64,000 nt of DNA, from assembly GCA_003173895.1 (NCBI GenBank), contig PJMG01000006.1, positions 2,820-66,819 of the forward strand, given 5' to 3'. The notes beneath the pieces were generated by a model, which worked only from the letters and a program-made list of their open reading frames with translations, searched no databases and had not been told where the DNA came from. Source of the DNA: Candidatus Levyibacteriota bacterium (lineage in GTDB: Bacteria; Patescibacteriota; Microgenomatia; Levybacterales; UBA12049). The position numbers and the translations under genes are program-made. This document shows, one piece after another, positions 9,095-19,072 of this stretch; position 1 is the first letter of the stretch, and every line of letters starts with the position of its first letter.

Positions 9095-9781
9095 ATGGTA
9101 GAAAATGCTGCCCAATCAGTTTATATTCAACCAGAAAAAAACACTACTAGTAAAATTAAAATTATTTTACTCATATCCTTCATACTTTTAATGTGCCTAT
9201 CAATTATTGCTATTTTGTTCTTTATCCACCCTAAGCAGAATACACTCAATACAATAACTAACCAATCACCAAATTCATCAAAAGATCCTACCCAGCAAAT
9301 AAACCTATCTATGCATCAATACCTCACTCAGTGGGTAAATGCACCATATATACCATCTGATACACAATCAAATCTAGTCAAAAATAATAACACCTACTCA
9401 CTTATGTGGCGACGAATAAGTGATATTATCTTAGGAAGACTTATTTTTACTCTTTATTCAAATAATACATTTGACGCTCAACTAAGTATACATTCTAGTA
9501 AGAAAATTGATGTGCTCAATGCTCAACTTGCAAATAGTATAAGTAATATTTACTTTAATCTCAAATCTCCTGTATCATGGAATTGTGGAGAAAATACAAC
9601 AATGGAATTATGTACAAGTTTACTAAAAGAGAATAATGTTCCTTATGAACTTACAGTATATAAATTGCAAGCATTGCAAAATGATGAATTAATTGTGTTA
9701 TGTTCTCTTTCCGAACAAAATCCATTATATGGAACAAAATATTTTTGTTTAGAGAATGATGAAAAACAAATACTTAAATAA
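9095..9781 (+). CDS. membrane-anchored hypothetical protein
   Basis: 228 aa with a single N-terminal TM (IKIILLISFILLMCLSIIAILFFI); overlaps the next gene by 26 nt. Confidence 0.6.
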   Translation: MVENAAQSVYIQPEKNTTSKIKIILLISFILLMCLSIIAILFFIHPKQNTLNTITNQSPNSSKDPTQQINLSMHQYLTQWVNAPYIPSDTQSNLVKNNNTYSLMWRRISDIILGRLIFTLYSNNTFDAQLSIHSSKKIDVLNAQLANSISNIYFNLKSPVSWNCGENTTMELCTSLLKENNVPYELTVYKLQALQNDELIVLCSLSEQNPLYGTKYFCLENDEKQILK

Positions 9782-12290
9782 TAAATTGGTTTTTATATTA
9801 GGTGTATGCTTTCTGCTTATATGCATGTTTGTGGCTATACCAAAAAAAGCGCAGGCACAACCTGCATGTAATTATGGGTTAGGTGGAAGCTGTGAGGTCA
9901 CATGTCCGAATGGTACAGGTTCGGCAGGGATTCAAGATTGTCCTCAGATTGGCGGAGGAATCAGCGAACAATGTTGTGTTGCTTTTCAATATGATTGTGA
10001 TAGTGGTACAGGACCAGGGTATTGTAATAGTCCTAATCAACAGTGTATCCTTACAAATGGATATTTCTATTCTTGTCAAACAACTTGTAACGGTACTTGC
10101 TTTTCTGGAAATGGATGTCCAGGAGGATATTCTCAATCAGGTTCTTGTGCTCTACGCACAAGTCAAAATTCACCTTTAATACAACGCACTTGTTGTGTAG
10201 CTAATGGTGGTGGACCAACTCCCCCTCCTACTTGTAATGGGCAAACGGTTTGTGGAGGGTGGGTAAATCCAGGAGCTAATACTACTTGTGCTGGAAATAA
10301 TTCTCATAGAAATTGTACTACCACTTTTACTAACTGTACTCAAAGTAGCTTTACTCAATATCGTACAGTTAATAGCTGTACAGCAGGACATACTTGTTAT
10401 ACCGATGGTACTTGTCATTTAACTAATTGCACTACTGGTGAAGTAAATTGTGGTGCTTGTGGAGGAGGTACTCAACCTGCCAATACATGTAATAATACTA
10501 ATTCTAATCCTGGAGGTAGAACCTGTCATCATAACGGTCCTGCAGGCTGTCTGAATCAAGTAACTTTTCGAGCTACTGACTGTTCATATTCATATAATAC
10601 CTGTAATAACACATATACATGTCCTGCTGGAAGTACAGGTCATACAAACTGTACTACTACTTTAACAGTACGTTTATTTATAGATTATAACCATAACGGA
10701 GTTAAAGATGGTGAAGATCCTTACTACACTGCTGCAAATGTATCAGTTAGATTGGCGTGGAATGGAGGTAGTAATACCTCAGCCTTTGATAATACAGGAA
10801 CTCATACTTTTACAGTCCAGTCCAATAATTACACACTTTCACTAGTAGGAGTCCCAGGAAATTATAGAATTATCAGTAGGAATCCATATCCTATTGGCAT
10901 GGGCCCTGCTGCGACTGTAAATCTGGCTATTACTCCACTATATTCTATTTCAGGAACTGTTTATGATGATACTAATAAAAATAAAATATTTGATCCTAAT
11001 TGTGGAAATCCTAACCCTTCTCTTTGTGATCATGGAGTAAATCAAGGAGGAGTTACTATGGTTTTTAAAGATGATGGATCTAAAACTACGGCTGCTATAA
11101 ATGGAGATGGTACATTTAATTCTGGTACTACACTCGAATCAGGAACTTATACTGTGAATTATACTTTGCCTAATGGTAATGAATGGGAAATGTCTTATCC
11201 TATACCTGCTACATTAATCATAGATGTAGGTAAACCAGGAACTTCTCGCCCCTGTAATGATGGAACCTATAATGATGTAGCTTGTGATGGAACTGGTAAC
11301 ATAACAGGTGCTGACTTTGGTATTACGAATGAATATCCTTCTCATGTAGGAATCTGTACTGATCAGAGAGATGATAATGGTTTTACCGATCCCTTACCTC
11401 AACCTCCTGGTTCTACGGCTGCCTGTGGAAACTATTCTCTAAATGGTACCTCTTATCCACTGGTAATGAGTTATGCAGATATTTGTCCCACTAATGCTGG
11501 TACAGGTATAATTTTTTCAGGCAATCAGGATCCATTTTTTGGTCAAGGAGCAGCCTCTAAAACAAATTGGAGTGTGGGAAATACTACTTATCCTGAAAAT
11601 TATACACCCGCTCAACCTGGAGTGATAACTACATCTTATGATTATTTAGTGGGATTAGCACAATCTTCAGGAATAGATTTTACTAACCCTAGTAATGAGC
11701 TTATAACTTATTGTGATTTAAATAACTGTACTTTACCCTCGAACTTACCAAATGGTGTTTATTTCGCTGATGGAGATGTTAATTTAAATGCATATACTTT
11801 TCCAAGTAATAAAGAATATGTAATTTTAGTGAATGGAAATTTAACTATAAATGGAAATATCTTACTTCCTACAGGATCAGATGCTATTTTTGCAGTTAGC
11901 GGAAATATTATTATTCCACCGACTGTGGGAGAAACTGATCCTACATCATCTGACGCTGATATCGAAGGACTCTACTCTGCTGGGGGATCAGTTCTGATAG
12001 AATCTGCTGCTACTCCCATTCAACCATGTAACAATGACGCTAGTGCTATCGATAAAAGATTAAATATTTATGGTAGTATGAATGCTAATACTAAACAAGT
12101 AGGCGGATCTGTCCAGAATCAGAGAGATCTTTGTGTCTCTGATGTCATTTGTCCTACTTATATGGTTAGTATCGGTGATGGAAATCCTGATGGAAATAGA
12201 GTCGGCGCAGGCACTGGTGTTTCATATATTCTTAATGCTCCCCAATTCATCATGCATAAGAATTATTTCTACCAGGAAGTAAACCCATAA
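9756..12290 (+). CDS. large secreted Cys-rich adhesin-like protein (SdrD-B/CarboxypepD_reg-like segments, beta-helix-like C-terminus)
   Basis: signal peptide ..AIPKKAQA; ~300-aa Cys-dense N-terminal half; VRLFIDYNHNGVKDGEDPYY and ISGTVYDDTNKNKIFDP calcium-type motifs; repetitive LTINGNILLP/VSGNIIIPP C-terminal part. Confidence 0.7.
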   Translation: MMKNKYLNNKLVFILGVCFLLICMFVAIPKKAQAQPACNYGLGGSCEVTCPNGTGSAGIQDCPQIGGGISEQCCVAFQYDCDSGTGPGYCNSPNQQCILTNGYFYSCQTTCNGTCFSGNGCPGGYSQSGSCALRTSQNSPLIQRTCCVANGGGPTPPPTCNGQTVCGGWVNPGANTTCAGNNSHRNCTTTFTNCTQSSFTQYRTVNSCTAGHTCYTDGTCHLTNCTTGEVNCGACGGGTQPANTCNNTNSNPGGRTCHHNGPAGCLNQVTFRATDCSYSYNTCNNTYTCPAGSTGHTNCTTTLTVRLFIDYNHNGVKDGEDPYYTAANVSVRLAWNGGSNTSAFDNTGTHTFTVQSNNYTLSLVGVPGNYRIISRNPYPIGMGPAATVNLAITPLYSISGTVYDDTNKNKIFDPNCGNPNPSLCDHGVNQGGVTMVFKDDGSKTTAAINGDGTFNSGTTLESGTYTVNYTLPNGNEWEMSYPIPATLIIDVGKPGTSRPCNDGTYNDVACDGTGNITGADFGITNEYPSHVGICTDQRDDNGFTDPLPQPPGSTAACGNYSLNGTSYPLVMSYADICPTNAGTGIIFSGNQDPFFGQGAASKTNWSVGNTTYPENYTPAQPGVITTSYDYLVGLAQSSGIDFTNPSNELITYCDLNNCTLPSNLPNGVYFADGDVNLNAYTFPSNKEYVILVNGNLTINGNILLPTGSDAIFAVSGNIIIPPTVGETDPTSSDADIEGLYSAGGSVLIESAATPIQPCNNDASAIDKRLNIYGSMNANTKQVGGSVQNQRDLCVSDVICPTYMVSIGDGNPDGNRVGAGTGVSYILNAPQFIMHKNYFYQEVNP

Positions 12291-12304
12291 AAAAATTAAT
12301 CTCT

Positions 12305-12412
12305 GTCATCCTGAGTGACCCGCTTCGCCGAAGCGATAGCGAGGCGAGAACGAAAAATCTTTATCTTGGAAAGACTTAAGTATATAGATCCTTCGCTGAG
12401 GCTCAGGATGAC
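12305..12412. repeat. 108-bp MITE-like element with perfect 11-bp terminal inverted repeats (GTCATCCTGAG / CTCAGGATGAC)
   Basis: read directly; left half is near-identical (rev-comp) to 21952-22007; fills the gap between convergent stops at 12290 and 12420. Confidence 0.75.
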
Positions 12413-12419
12413 ATATTAT

Positions 12420-12971
12420 TTATTTTTTCATTAAAGTGAAGTTGAGGTTAGAGGGGATTTCGTTTTTATTAGAATCTAACATTTTTAATTCTGTATTATT
12501 TACTTTTAAATAATATTCCGTCTGATTAGAGTTATTCGGATTTAGTTGATAAATCAAAGCATTAGGATTATTTTTCATTCCATTTGTATAAGTCCAATTC
12601 CCCACTTCATCAAAAGGTTTTACATTTCTACCTAAATAAACTAATTCCAAGCTATAAGTCGTGGGTTTTAAGGTATTAGGATTTTGATAAAGAGTTAACG
12701 TAGTTTGAATTCCTTCACAGTCAGCGCAAGGGAATTTACCAGTATAAATTCCTACTATATTCGAATTAGCATTTTTAGTAGGAGCAAAAATAGTTTTATG
12801 TGCTAAGAGGAAGATTAAAAATCCAAAAATAATAACTAGAACCACGATTAAAATCTTAAAATTCTTATTTAATTCTCTTTTTAGAAAATTATTATTATTT
12901 TGTTTAGAAATCACTTTCTTTTTAGCAGAAGAATTTTTAATATTTTTATTTTTTTTAATTTCCTTTTTCAT
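12420..12971 (-). CDS. NlpE N-terminal domain-like (copper-resistance/envelope-stress lipoprotein family) protein, membrane anchored
   Basis: motif GIYTGKFPCADCEGIQTTLTLY matches the NlpE_N Y-x-G-x-LPCADCxGI signature; N-terminal TM. Confidence 0.6.
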   Translation of the reverse strand: MKKEIKKNKNIKNSSAKKKVISKQNNNNFLKRELNKNFKILIVVLVIIFGFLIFLLAHKTIFAPTKNANSNIVGIYTGKFPCADCEGIQTTLTLYQNPNTLKPTTYSLELVYLGRNVKPFDEVGNWTYTNGMKNNPNALIYQLNPNNSNQTEYYLKVNNTELKMLDSNKNEIPSNLNFTLMKK

Positions 12972-13083
12972 TTGAACTTTTGCCTGTCCGCCTTAGCTTT
13001 AGCGATGGCGGAATTTTTTCATTTTAATCTCTATATTTATCAAAGTATATTTTTACATAATTTGCAATAGATAATTAGGAAAT

Positions 13084-13110
13084 GAGATTCTTCGTTTCAC
13101 TTAGAATGAC
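13084..13110. repeat. short unit of GTCATCCTGAG/CGAAGGATC hairpin repeat family
   Basis: GAGATTCTTCGTTTCACTTAGAATGAC. Confidence 0.6.
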
Positions 13111-13175
13111 AAAAGATAAAGCAAGTAGGAATGTACTTTTAAGTAGCAAAATACATGCTACGAGCTGAGTATAAA

Positions 13176-13202
13176 GATCCTTTCGCTGAAGCTCAGGATG
13201 AC
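13176..13202. repeat. short unit of GTCATCCTGAG/CGAAGGATC hairpin repeat family
   Basis: GATCCTTTCGCTGAAGCTCAGGATGAC, 26 nt downstream of the stop of 13228..14724. Confidence 0.65.
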
Positions 13203-13227
13203 GAAAATAGTTTATAATGACAAGAAT

Positions 13228-14724
13228 TTATTGGCAGGCGAATTGGACGGGTGGAGATAAGGGAGAAAAATTAGCAGAATTAGCTGAGGTAGAATAAGAA
13301 TATTGCGCATAATAAGTAGCACCAGTGGTAACGATATAGCCAGTAGTTAGAGATTGAGACTGAGTAGGATTAGCAGGATTAAGTGTAGTATTTAAAACCT
13401 GATTTCCTTGACTCGCGTATGTCATCACTAAATTATAGCTTTGAGCGTTTTGTAAATTAGACTGCGTATTATAATTTATAGTCACTTGCCAATTACCATT
13501 TTGCTGACCATTACAGGAAACATTAATAGTCGATCCACTAGGCGCTGATAACTGCTGCTGCGCATTAATAGTAAGTAAATTATTAGCAGATGGCGCTGTG
13601 AGAGTAAGAATATTTGATTGAGAGTAAGGCTGACCATTAGACCATAAATAAGCTTGAACATCATAAGACTGACCTGAATTAGCATTATTCCAAACCCAAC
13701 TTACCCCATCAGTGGCTGAAATATTTCCATTTATTTGATTAAAAGTACCTGTCCCTGTAGGACGAGTCGCTAACGTTATATAAGAATTAGGAGGAATGCT
13801 ACCATTTATATTTATAGTTCCTGAAATACCTGTAATAGCTGGTGCAGGTGGATTAGCTGTGGAACTAATAGCCAAATTAATATTGGATGAAGGCGCTGTT
13901 AAAGTTTGTAAACTACTACTGCTAATCAAAGATCCAGTACTACTTATTAAATTAGCTTGTATTTGATAAGTTTGACCTGAAATAGCACTACTCCACGACC
14001 AATTCACGCCATCTGTAGCAGACAGATTAGTCACTGCATTAATTAAGTTATTCGAATTATTTTGCTCAACCACTATATTAATATAGCTACCTGCAGGGAT
14101 ATAACCATCTAAATGAACATTTCCATTGATGGATGTGTTAGTAGTTTGAGGTGATTTTTGTTCTGAAACCAATGGTAAAACTATAGTATCAGCTGGTGCA
14201 GAGACAGAATTTATAGATGACTGTTCTATTACTTTTCCGCTTACCTTAATAGTGGCTTTAATATCATAGTTAGTACCACTATCAGCATCACTCCAATCCC
14301 AAGGAATATTACCACTTTGCGGCACTAATCCACTCACCACATCACTAAATTCAGCTTTACCACTAGGTCTAGCAGCTATAGCTAAGTACGAACCTGCTGG
14401 TGCATAACCTTCGAAATTTATTACACCAGAAATACTAGCAGGTGGCGCAGGTGTAGGTGTGATTATTTGTGTTTGATTTTTAGTAAAATATGTAAGACCA
14501 TTTTTACTATTAAAAAATATTAACCATACAATTGCGACTATTAAAATTATACTCACTACTCCTAAGAGTATAAGTAGTGGATTTAAAAACTTATTTTCCT
14601 TCTCTTCTTCTGTTTCAGTTGATGTGGAAGGTGGAGTTACTGGTGGAGGTGGTGTTTGTACAGGCTCCGTTGATATAATTGGAGCCGAATTATTTAAATT
14701 ATTATTTCCATCAGAGGGTTGCAT
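13228..14724 (-). CDS. membrane-anchored surface protein with three tandem ~95-aa repeats
   Basis: Pro-rich N-terminus, TM (LLILLGVVSIILIVAIVWLIFF), then three repeats each with GY.P.GSY.., W.W.., SG..Y.., ..LTAPS.. landmarks. Confidence 0.7.
   Translation of the reverse strand: MQPSDGNNNLNNSAPIISTEPVQTPPPPVTPPSTSTETEEEKENKFLNPLLILLGVVSIILIVAIVWLIFFNSKNGLTYFTKNQTQIITPTPAPPASISGVINFEGYAPAGSYLAIAARPSGKAEFSDVVSGLVPQSGNIPWDWSDADSGTNYDIKATIKVSGKVIEQSSINSVSAPADTIVLPLVSEQKSPQTTNTSINGNVHLDGYIPAGSYINIVVEQNNSNNLINAVTNLSATDGVNWSWSSAISGQTYQIQANLISSTGSLISSSSLQTLTAPSSNINLAISSTANPPAPAITGISGTININGSIPPNSYITLATRPTGTGTFNQINGNISATDGVSWVWNNANSGQSYDVQAYLWSNGQPYSQSNILTLTAPSANNLLTINAQQQLSAPSGSTINVSCNGQQNGNWQVTINYNTQSNLQNAQSYNLVMTYASQGNQVLNTTLNPANPTQSQSLTTGYIVTTGATYYAQYSYSTSANSANFSPLSPPVQFACQ
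13564..14433 (-). repeat. three tandem diverged domain repeats (coding)
   Basis: aa 98-186, 198-287 and 299-387 align: ISGVINFEGYAPAGSY / INGNVHLDGYIPAGSY / ISGTININGSIPPNSY etc. Confidence 0.7.
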
Positions 14725-14776
14725 TATTTAATAATGGCTGATTAACAACTGAAGTGTCAAGAGTTAAGAAAATTAC

Positions 14777-14974
14777 TTAAAGTACGTTTATTCTTTTATT
14801 AATTTTATGAGAATGAGATACTGTAGGTTTTATTAATTCTCTTCTTTTACATTCTTCATCATGTTCTAAAAGTAAATCACTCTTTTTAAGAAGTGAACTT
14901 GCGAAGCGTTCAGGTTTACCTGAAAAAACTCTTAGTTGTTTTCCACATTTTTGACAAATAAGTAAAGCTTGCAT
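14777..14974 (-). CDS. small hypothetical protein (possible Cys-pair motif)
   Basis: 65 aa; TTGACA-N17-TATATT promoter upstream on the minus strand (near 15010). Confidence 0.35.
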   Translation of the reverse strand: MQALLICQKCGKQLRVFSGKPERFASSLLKKSDLLLEHDEECKRRELIKPTVSHSHKINKRINVL

Positions 14975-15140
14975 AAAAGTATAAATAAAATATATCTTAA
15001 TAAGTATTCTATGTCAATAGATTGTCGCCAAAAAAATGACATCATTCAATGTGTGTGTGTTTTTATCTAGACAATAATTCTTTTAACAGTGAGTTATAAC
15101 ATGTACAAACATTTTTAATATAGTTATAATACCCTTATTC

Positions 15141-15926
15141 ATGAGTAAAATTATTGATTATCTAGCCAAACTCGAACTCTCAGATATGGAAGCCCGCTCT
15201 TATTTGAAACTCCTGGAAACTGGTCCTATAACTGTCAGTGAGTTTGCTCGCTTAATGAATATTAGACGAACTACAGCTTATCTTTATACAGATCCATTAG
15301 TAAGTAAGGGTTTAGTCATAAAAATAGTTAAAGGTAGTAAAAAACTTATCGCTCCTACACCTCCTGAAAACATAGAAGGGTTAATTGAACAGAAATTAAA
15401 TACAGCTCAATCTCTAAAAGAGACATTTCCCAAAATATTAGAAGAAATTAAGAATGAATATCAAATATTCCAAGATAATACTAATGTAGAAATTAAATTT
15501 TATAAGGGGATATATCATGCTAGAAATATTTATTTAGAAGCATTAAAAGCAGATGAATTTCGATCATACATGAAAATTGATAAAAGAGAACCTTTATTCC
15601 CTAGTAATGCTAGTGTGTTTAGTGAGGCTTTTAAAGAGAATAATAAACTTAAAATATGGGAGATTATTTATGATCCTGAATCTTCAGCAGTACCGTCTAA
15701 AGAATCTAGATCTCATATAGGTAGATATTTTTATAAATATATGCCAAAAGGTAAAAAATTAAGTTCTGAAGATATTCTTATTTATGATGGAAAAGTCGCT
15801 GTTATTAATTTTAGAGGAGGTAAAACTAGTATAGTTCTACAAAGTAAGGATTTATATAATAATTTTAAAGAAATATTTGAACTTTTATGGGATGTGCTTC
15901 CAGAACCTCCTAATCCAGATCTATAA
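15141..15926 (+). CDS. TrmB-family transcriptional regulator
   Basis: N-terminal wHTH LELSDMEARSYLKLLETGPITVSEFARLMNIRRTTAYLYTDPLVSKGLV. Confidence 0.65.
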   Translation: MSKIIDYLAKLELSDMEARSYLKLLETGPITVSEFARLMNIRRTTAYLYTDPLVSKGLVIKIVKGSKKLIAPTPPENIEGLIEQKLNTAQSLKETFPKILEEIKNEYQIFQDNTNVEIKFYKGIYHARNIYLEALKADEFRSYMKIDKREPLFPSNASVFSEAFKENNKLKIWEIIYDPESSAVPSKESRSHIGRYFYKYMPKGKKLSSEDILIYDGKVAVINFRGGKTSIVLQSKDLYNNFKEIFELLWDVLPEPPNPDL

Positions 15927-15940
15927 TATAATTTATTCAT

Positions 15941-16714
15941 CTACAAGAGAGGTTTTTGAGAATAGACTAAAGAATAAGTAGTAAAACCGTTACTCTTTCT
16001 TTTGGGATATATTTTAAGAAAGGATTTTACTAATGCGCTTTTTAATTCTTCTTTTTGTTCTTTATTTATATGTGCACTTCTACTAACGTTTAAGACATAA
16101 TTAGCAATAATATCTAAAGGCGCACTTGTCTTTATGGAAATTTCTTTTTTTTGTGGAGATTTTAAATTTGTTTTAGCACTTTTTAAATCTTCTAAGAATT
16201 GTGGGCAAGTCCATAATCCCCACTCTCCTCTATCTATACCATATTTATCAAAAGTTTCTTTAATGACATCTTTTAGAGGGATATCCCATTCATACATTCT
16301 CCAACCAATACATAATACCCCACCGGGTTTGAGAGCTTTAGCACAACGTTTAATAATTTCTTGGGGATTGGAGAATAAATGAAATGATTCAAATGCAATG
16401 ATAAGGTTATATTTATTAACTCCAAAATCAAAATCATCTACAGATTTATGATGCCAAATTACTTGTTTACTTTCATCTTTGGCTTTAGCCATTTCAATCA
16501 TTTTTTTCGATATATCAATTCCCTCAATAGAATGAGTAAATTTAGTTAAGGCTAGAGGTAAATCTCCGGAACCACACCCAAGATCAATAATGGTATCATT
16601 TGATTTAATATTAAAGGTTTTACCTATGAGATTTATATACTTTTCAGGCAATAAAGGAGTAAACGTGTAATATTCTTCAGCAATTGTATCAAACATTTGT
16701 ACTTTCTCTTGCAT
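15941..16714 (-). CDS. class I SAM-dependent methyltransferase
   Basis: motif I IIDLGCGSGDL, post-I IEGIDIS, YNLIIAFESFHLF, LKPGGVLCI. Confidence 0.8.
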   Translation of the reverse strand: MQEKVQMFDTIAEEYYTFTPLLPEKYINLIGKTFNIKSNDTIIDLGCGSGDLPLALTKFTHSIEGIDISKKMIEMAKAKDESKQVIWHHKSVDDFDFGVNKYNLIIAFESFHLFSNPQEIIKRCAKALKPGGVLCIGWRMYEWDIPLKDVIKETFDKYGIDRGEWGLWTCPQFLEDLKSAKTNLKSPQKKEISIKTSAPLDIIANYVLNVSRSAHINKEQKEELKSALVKSFLKIYPKRKSNGFTTYSLVYSQKPLL

Positions 16715-16912
16715 ATATAAAATTATAACTATTTATTTAATAGGATAATATCTGTTACCTATATAAAAATTATTTAAGTTGTTTTTATAGAAACAATAAA
16801 TAGAAATAAATTTTACTATTTGTAAAATAAAAAGTCTACATTTAAGAATTTTATAATCCTCATTTGACAACTTTTAAGTTTTCTATCATAGTGATTTTAG
16901 GGGGTGATTTAA

Positions 16913-17125
16913 TTGATAAAATTATTTTTGAAACTGCGAAAAAAAGTAATTAGTTATTTAAAATTACATGCAGAATTTAATGCTTTCATTCATGCATTGG
17001 GTGGAATTGGAGTTGGAATTTTAATAGCCTCTCCCCTAGCTAATCCACATCCTGTTAGATGGGCATTGGTTTTCTTAGGAATTAGTTTAGCCGGACATTT
17101 ATACGCTTTAGGCGCTAAAAAGTAA
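16913..17125 (+). CDS. small membrane protein
   Basis: 70 aa, TTG start preceded by SD AGGGGGTGA (16899-16907); two hydrophobic helices; ATGA overlap with the next gene. Confidence 0.5.
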   Translation: MIKLFLKLRKKVISYLKLHAEFNAFIHALGGIGVGILIASPLANPHPVRWALVFLGISLAGHLYALGAKK

Positions 17126-17934
17126 TGAAAAAAATAATTTTAATAATTATTAGTATTTTACTACTAGTAGGAATTTATTTTGTAATATTTAATCAATTTA
17201 TTTTTAAAAATCAAACTGGGAATAATGTTTTATCACCTACCCAACTAACTTCTTTACAGAACATAAACTGGAGTAAAGCGCAAGAAACGTCTCAACAAAC
17301 ATTTTATGGATTAATTTCAGGTAGACTTTATACTTTTAGTATATCTTCAAATGAAGCACAAATACAAACATTCGAAAATAAAGCAGAATTATCTAAATTA
17401 GGTTTTATTTTAGATTCTAATTTAGCAGCCAGCGGACCAGGTTCTAATATATGGGGTTATAAAAAAGTAACAAATGGGAAAACGCAAATTATTCTTTTTT
17501 CCTATCGAACTAGACCTAGTTCTAATAAACCCGATGAGCCATTACAGTTTAACTGTCCATGCGCTGTAGATTTAAATATTTTTATTAGTGATTCTTTTTC
17601 TATGACTACTTCTTTAACTCCAACTTCTTCAACATTACCAAATCCTGCATCTGAAAATTGTATTCAAAAAGGTGGAACTTTAAGAATTTTAAAGCGTGGT
17701 GATGGTGGCGAATATGGCTTATGTGATTTTGGAGATAATATGGCATGTGAAGAATGGGCTTTGCTTCGTGGACAATGTCCAGTAGGAGGTTTAAAAACTA
17801 CTGGCTATGATAATATTCAACAAATGTACTGTGCGTGGTTAGGTGGAAAAACACTAGCAGTACCTAATGCTAAATGTACTCTACCTTCTGGAAAAACCTG
17901 TAGTGTGGATGATGTTTATAATGGCAAATGTTAG
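17125..17934 (+). CDS. membrane-anchored protein with C-terminal DUF333 (putative hemolysin-like) domain
   Basis: NPASENCIQKGGTLRILKRGDGGEYGLCDFGDNMACEEWALLRGQC matches the DUF333 Cys pattern. Confidence 0.6.
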   Translation: MKKIILIIISILLLVGIYFVIFNQFIFKNQTGNNVLSPTQLTSLQNINWSKAQETSQQTFYGLISGRLYTFSISSNEAQIQTFENKAELSKLGFILDSNLAASGPGSNIWGYKKVTNGKTQIILFSYRTRPSSNKPDEPLQFNCPCAVDLNIFISDSFSMTTSLTPTSSTLPNPASENCIQKGGTLRILKRGDGGEYGLCDFGDNMACEEWALLRGQCPVGGLKTTGYDNIQQMYCAWLGGKTLAVPNAKCTLPSGKTCSVDDVYNGKC

Positions 17935-18194
17935 AGGTAAATTTCATCTATATAACACCAAGTAAATTCTTCTCCAGGTGAAACTGATTTCATAATAGGA
18001 TGATTAGTCGCTTTAAAATGTTTGGTAGCGTGTTTATTTTTAGATTGATCACAGCAACCCACATGACCACAGGTTAAACATTGTCTTAAATTTACCCAAG
18101 TATCACCAGTTTTTATACACTCTTCACAAAGAGTAGTATCATGGGGTGGAAAATCTTTAATTTGATCTTTATGAGTACAAACTTTATCCGCCAT
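17931..18194 (-). CDS. UBP-type zinc-finger protein
   Basis: CEEC..WVNLRQCLTCGHVGCCDQSKNKHATKHFKATNHP, the zf-UBP Cys/His pattern; 3' end overlaps the convergent gene by 4 nt. Confidence 0.7.
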   Translation of the reverse strand: MADKVCTHKDQIKDFPPHDTTLCEECIKTGDTWVNLRQCLTCGHVGCCDQSKNKHATKHFKATNHPIMKSVSPGEEFTWCYIDEIYL

Positions 18195-18249
18195 AAATTT
18201 AATGTAATCCTAAATTATAGAAATTGCAATTATTAAAGTATAAGATATT

Positions 18250-19032
18250 TTATCTATCTCGTCTCGAAGATAATTGTAGAAAAAGATTATTTTGATCTTC
18301 AGTTTTTCTTAAATCTTGATTTCCAAAGTTCTTAAATGTTATTTGTTTACTAAAATCTCTTCCGTACATTATTATAAATTCCTCTAATGCTATGTGCATT
18401 GGTTTAATATAACCTTCTAACGTATATGCTTCTAATTCAAAAGTTCTACTTGAATCTATCCCGGCTCTATTTTCAACTCTTTGTCTACATATTTCCGGTG
18501 GAACCTGAAGATAAACTAACGTAGTATTTAAAAAAGAATTTTCTGTAATTCTTTTAAAATTAAAATCAAACTTATTCCATTGATTTTCCGTTATTCTACC
18601 ATTATTAAAGTGAGATCTAAGATATGTCCAACTACCAACTAGTCCAAAATCTATAAGAGGTGTTTTATTTTCTAGTTTAGCTTTTTCTATTTGTTCTCGT
18701 AATAAATTTACTCTTTTACTAAATAAACTTATTTCAAAATCAAAAATTATTTGTTGATTTTTGGCTAAATCATCAGCATCAGTATATTTTTTAGTATTTA
18801 TTAAATCCAATGATTTTAAATAGTTTATTCTTTGAATTTCTGGTAAAGTTAAAAAGAGTTCATCTGAAGCAATATTATAAAAATCTGATATTTTACTTAA
18901 TGGCTCATCAATTGTACTCTTACCACTTCCTATATTACCTATTAATAATATAGATGCGTTCGGAGAAAGTGGAGATAACTCTTCTAATCGATTAATCTTT
19001 ATTTCAGAGTATTTCTGCGCATCTATAGCCAT
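18250..19032 (-). CDS. P-loop kinase, deoxynucleoside-kinase-like
   Basis: Walker A LLIGNIGSGKST; later RQRVENRAGIDSSR resembles the dNK ERS/R-x-R lid. Confidence 0.5.
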   Translation of the reverse strand: MAIDAQKYSEIKINRLEELSPLSPNASILLIGNIGSGKSTIDEPLSKISDFYNIASDELFLTLPEIQRINYLKSLDLINTKKYTDADDLAKNQQIIFDFEISLFSKRVNLLREQIEKAKLENKTPLIDFGLVGSWTYLRSHFNNGRITENQWNKFDFNFKRITENSFLNTTLVYLQVPPEICRQRVENRAGIDSSRTFELEAYTLEGYIKPMHIALEEFIIMYGRDFSKQITFKNFGNQDLRKTEDQNNLFLQLSSRRDR

Positions 19033-19072
19033 AAGCGCAAATGTATCATATTATTCTAGGATAAGCAAGGAT

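Noticed and set aside
15051-15060. (GT)5 microsatellite in the intergenic region upstream of the TrmB-like gene
   Set aside because: It is only five units, which is too short to argue for phase variation without population data.
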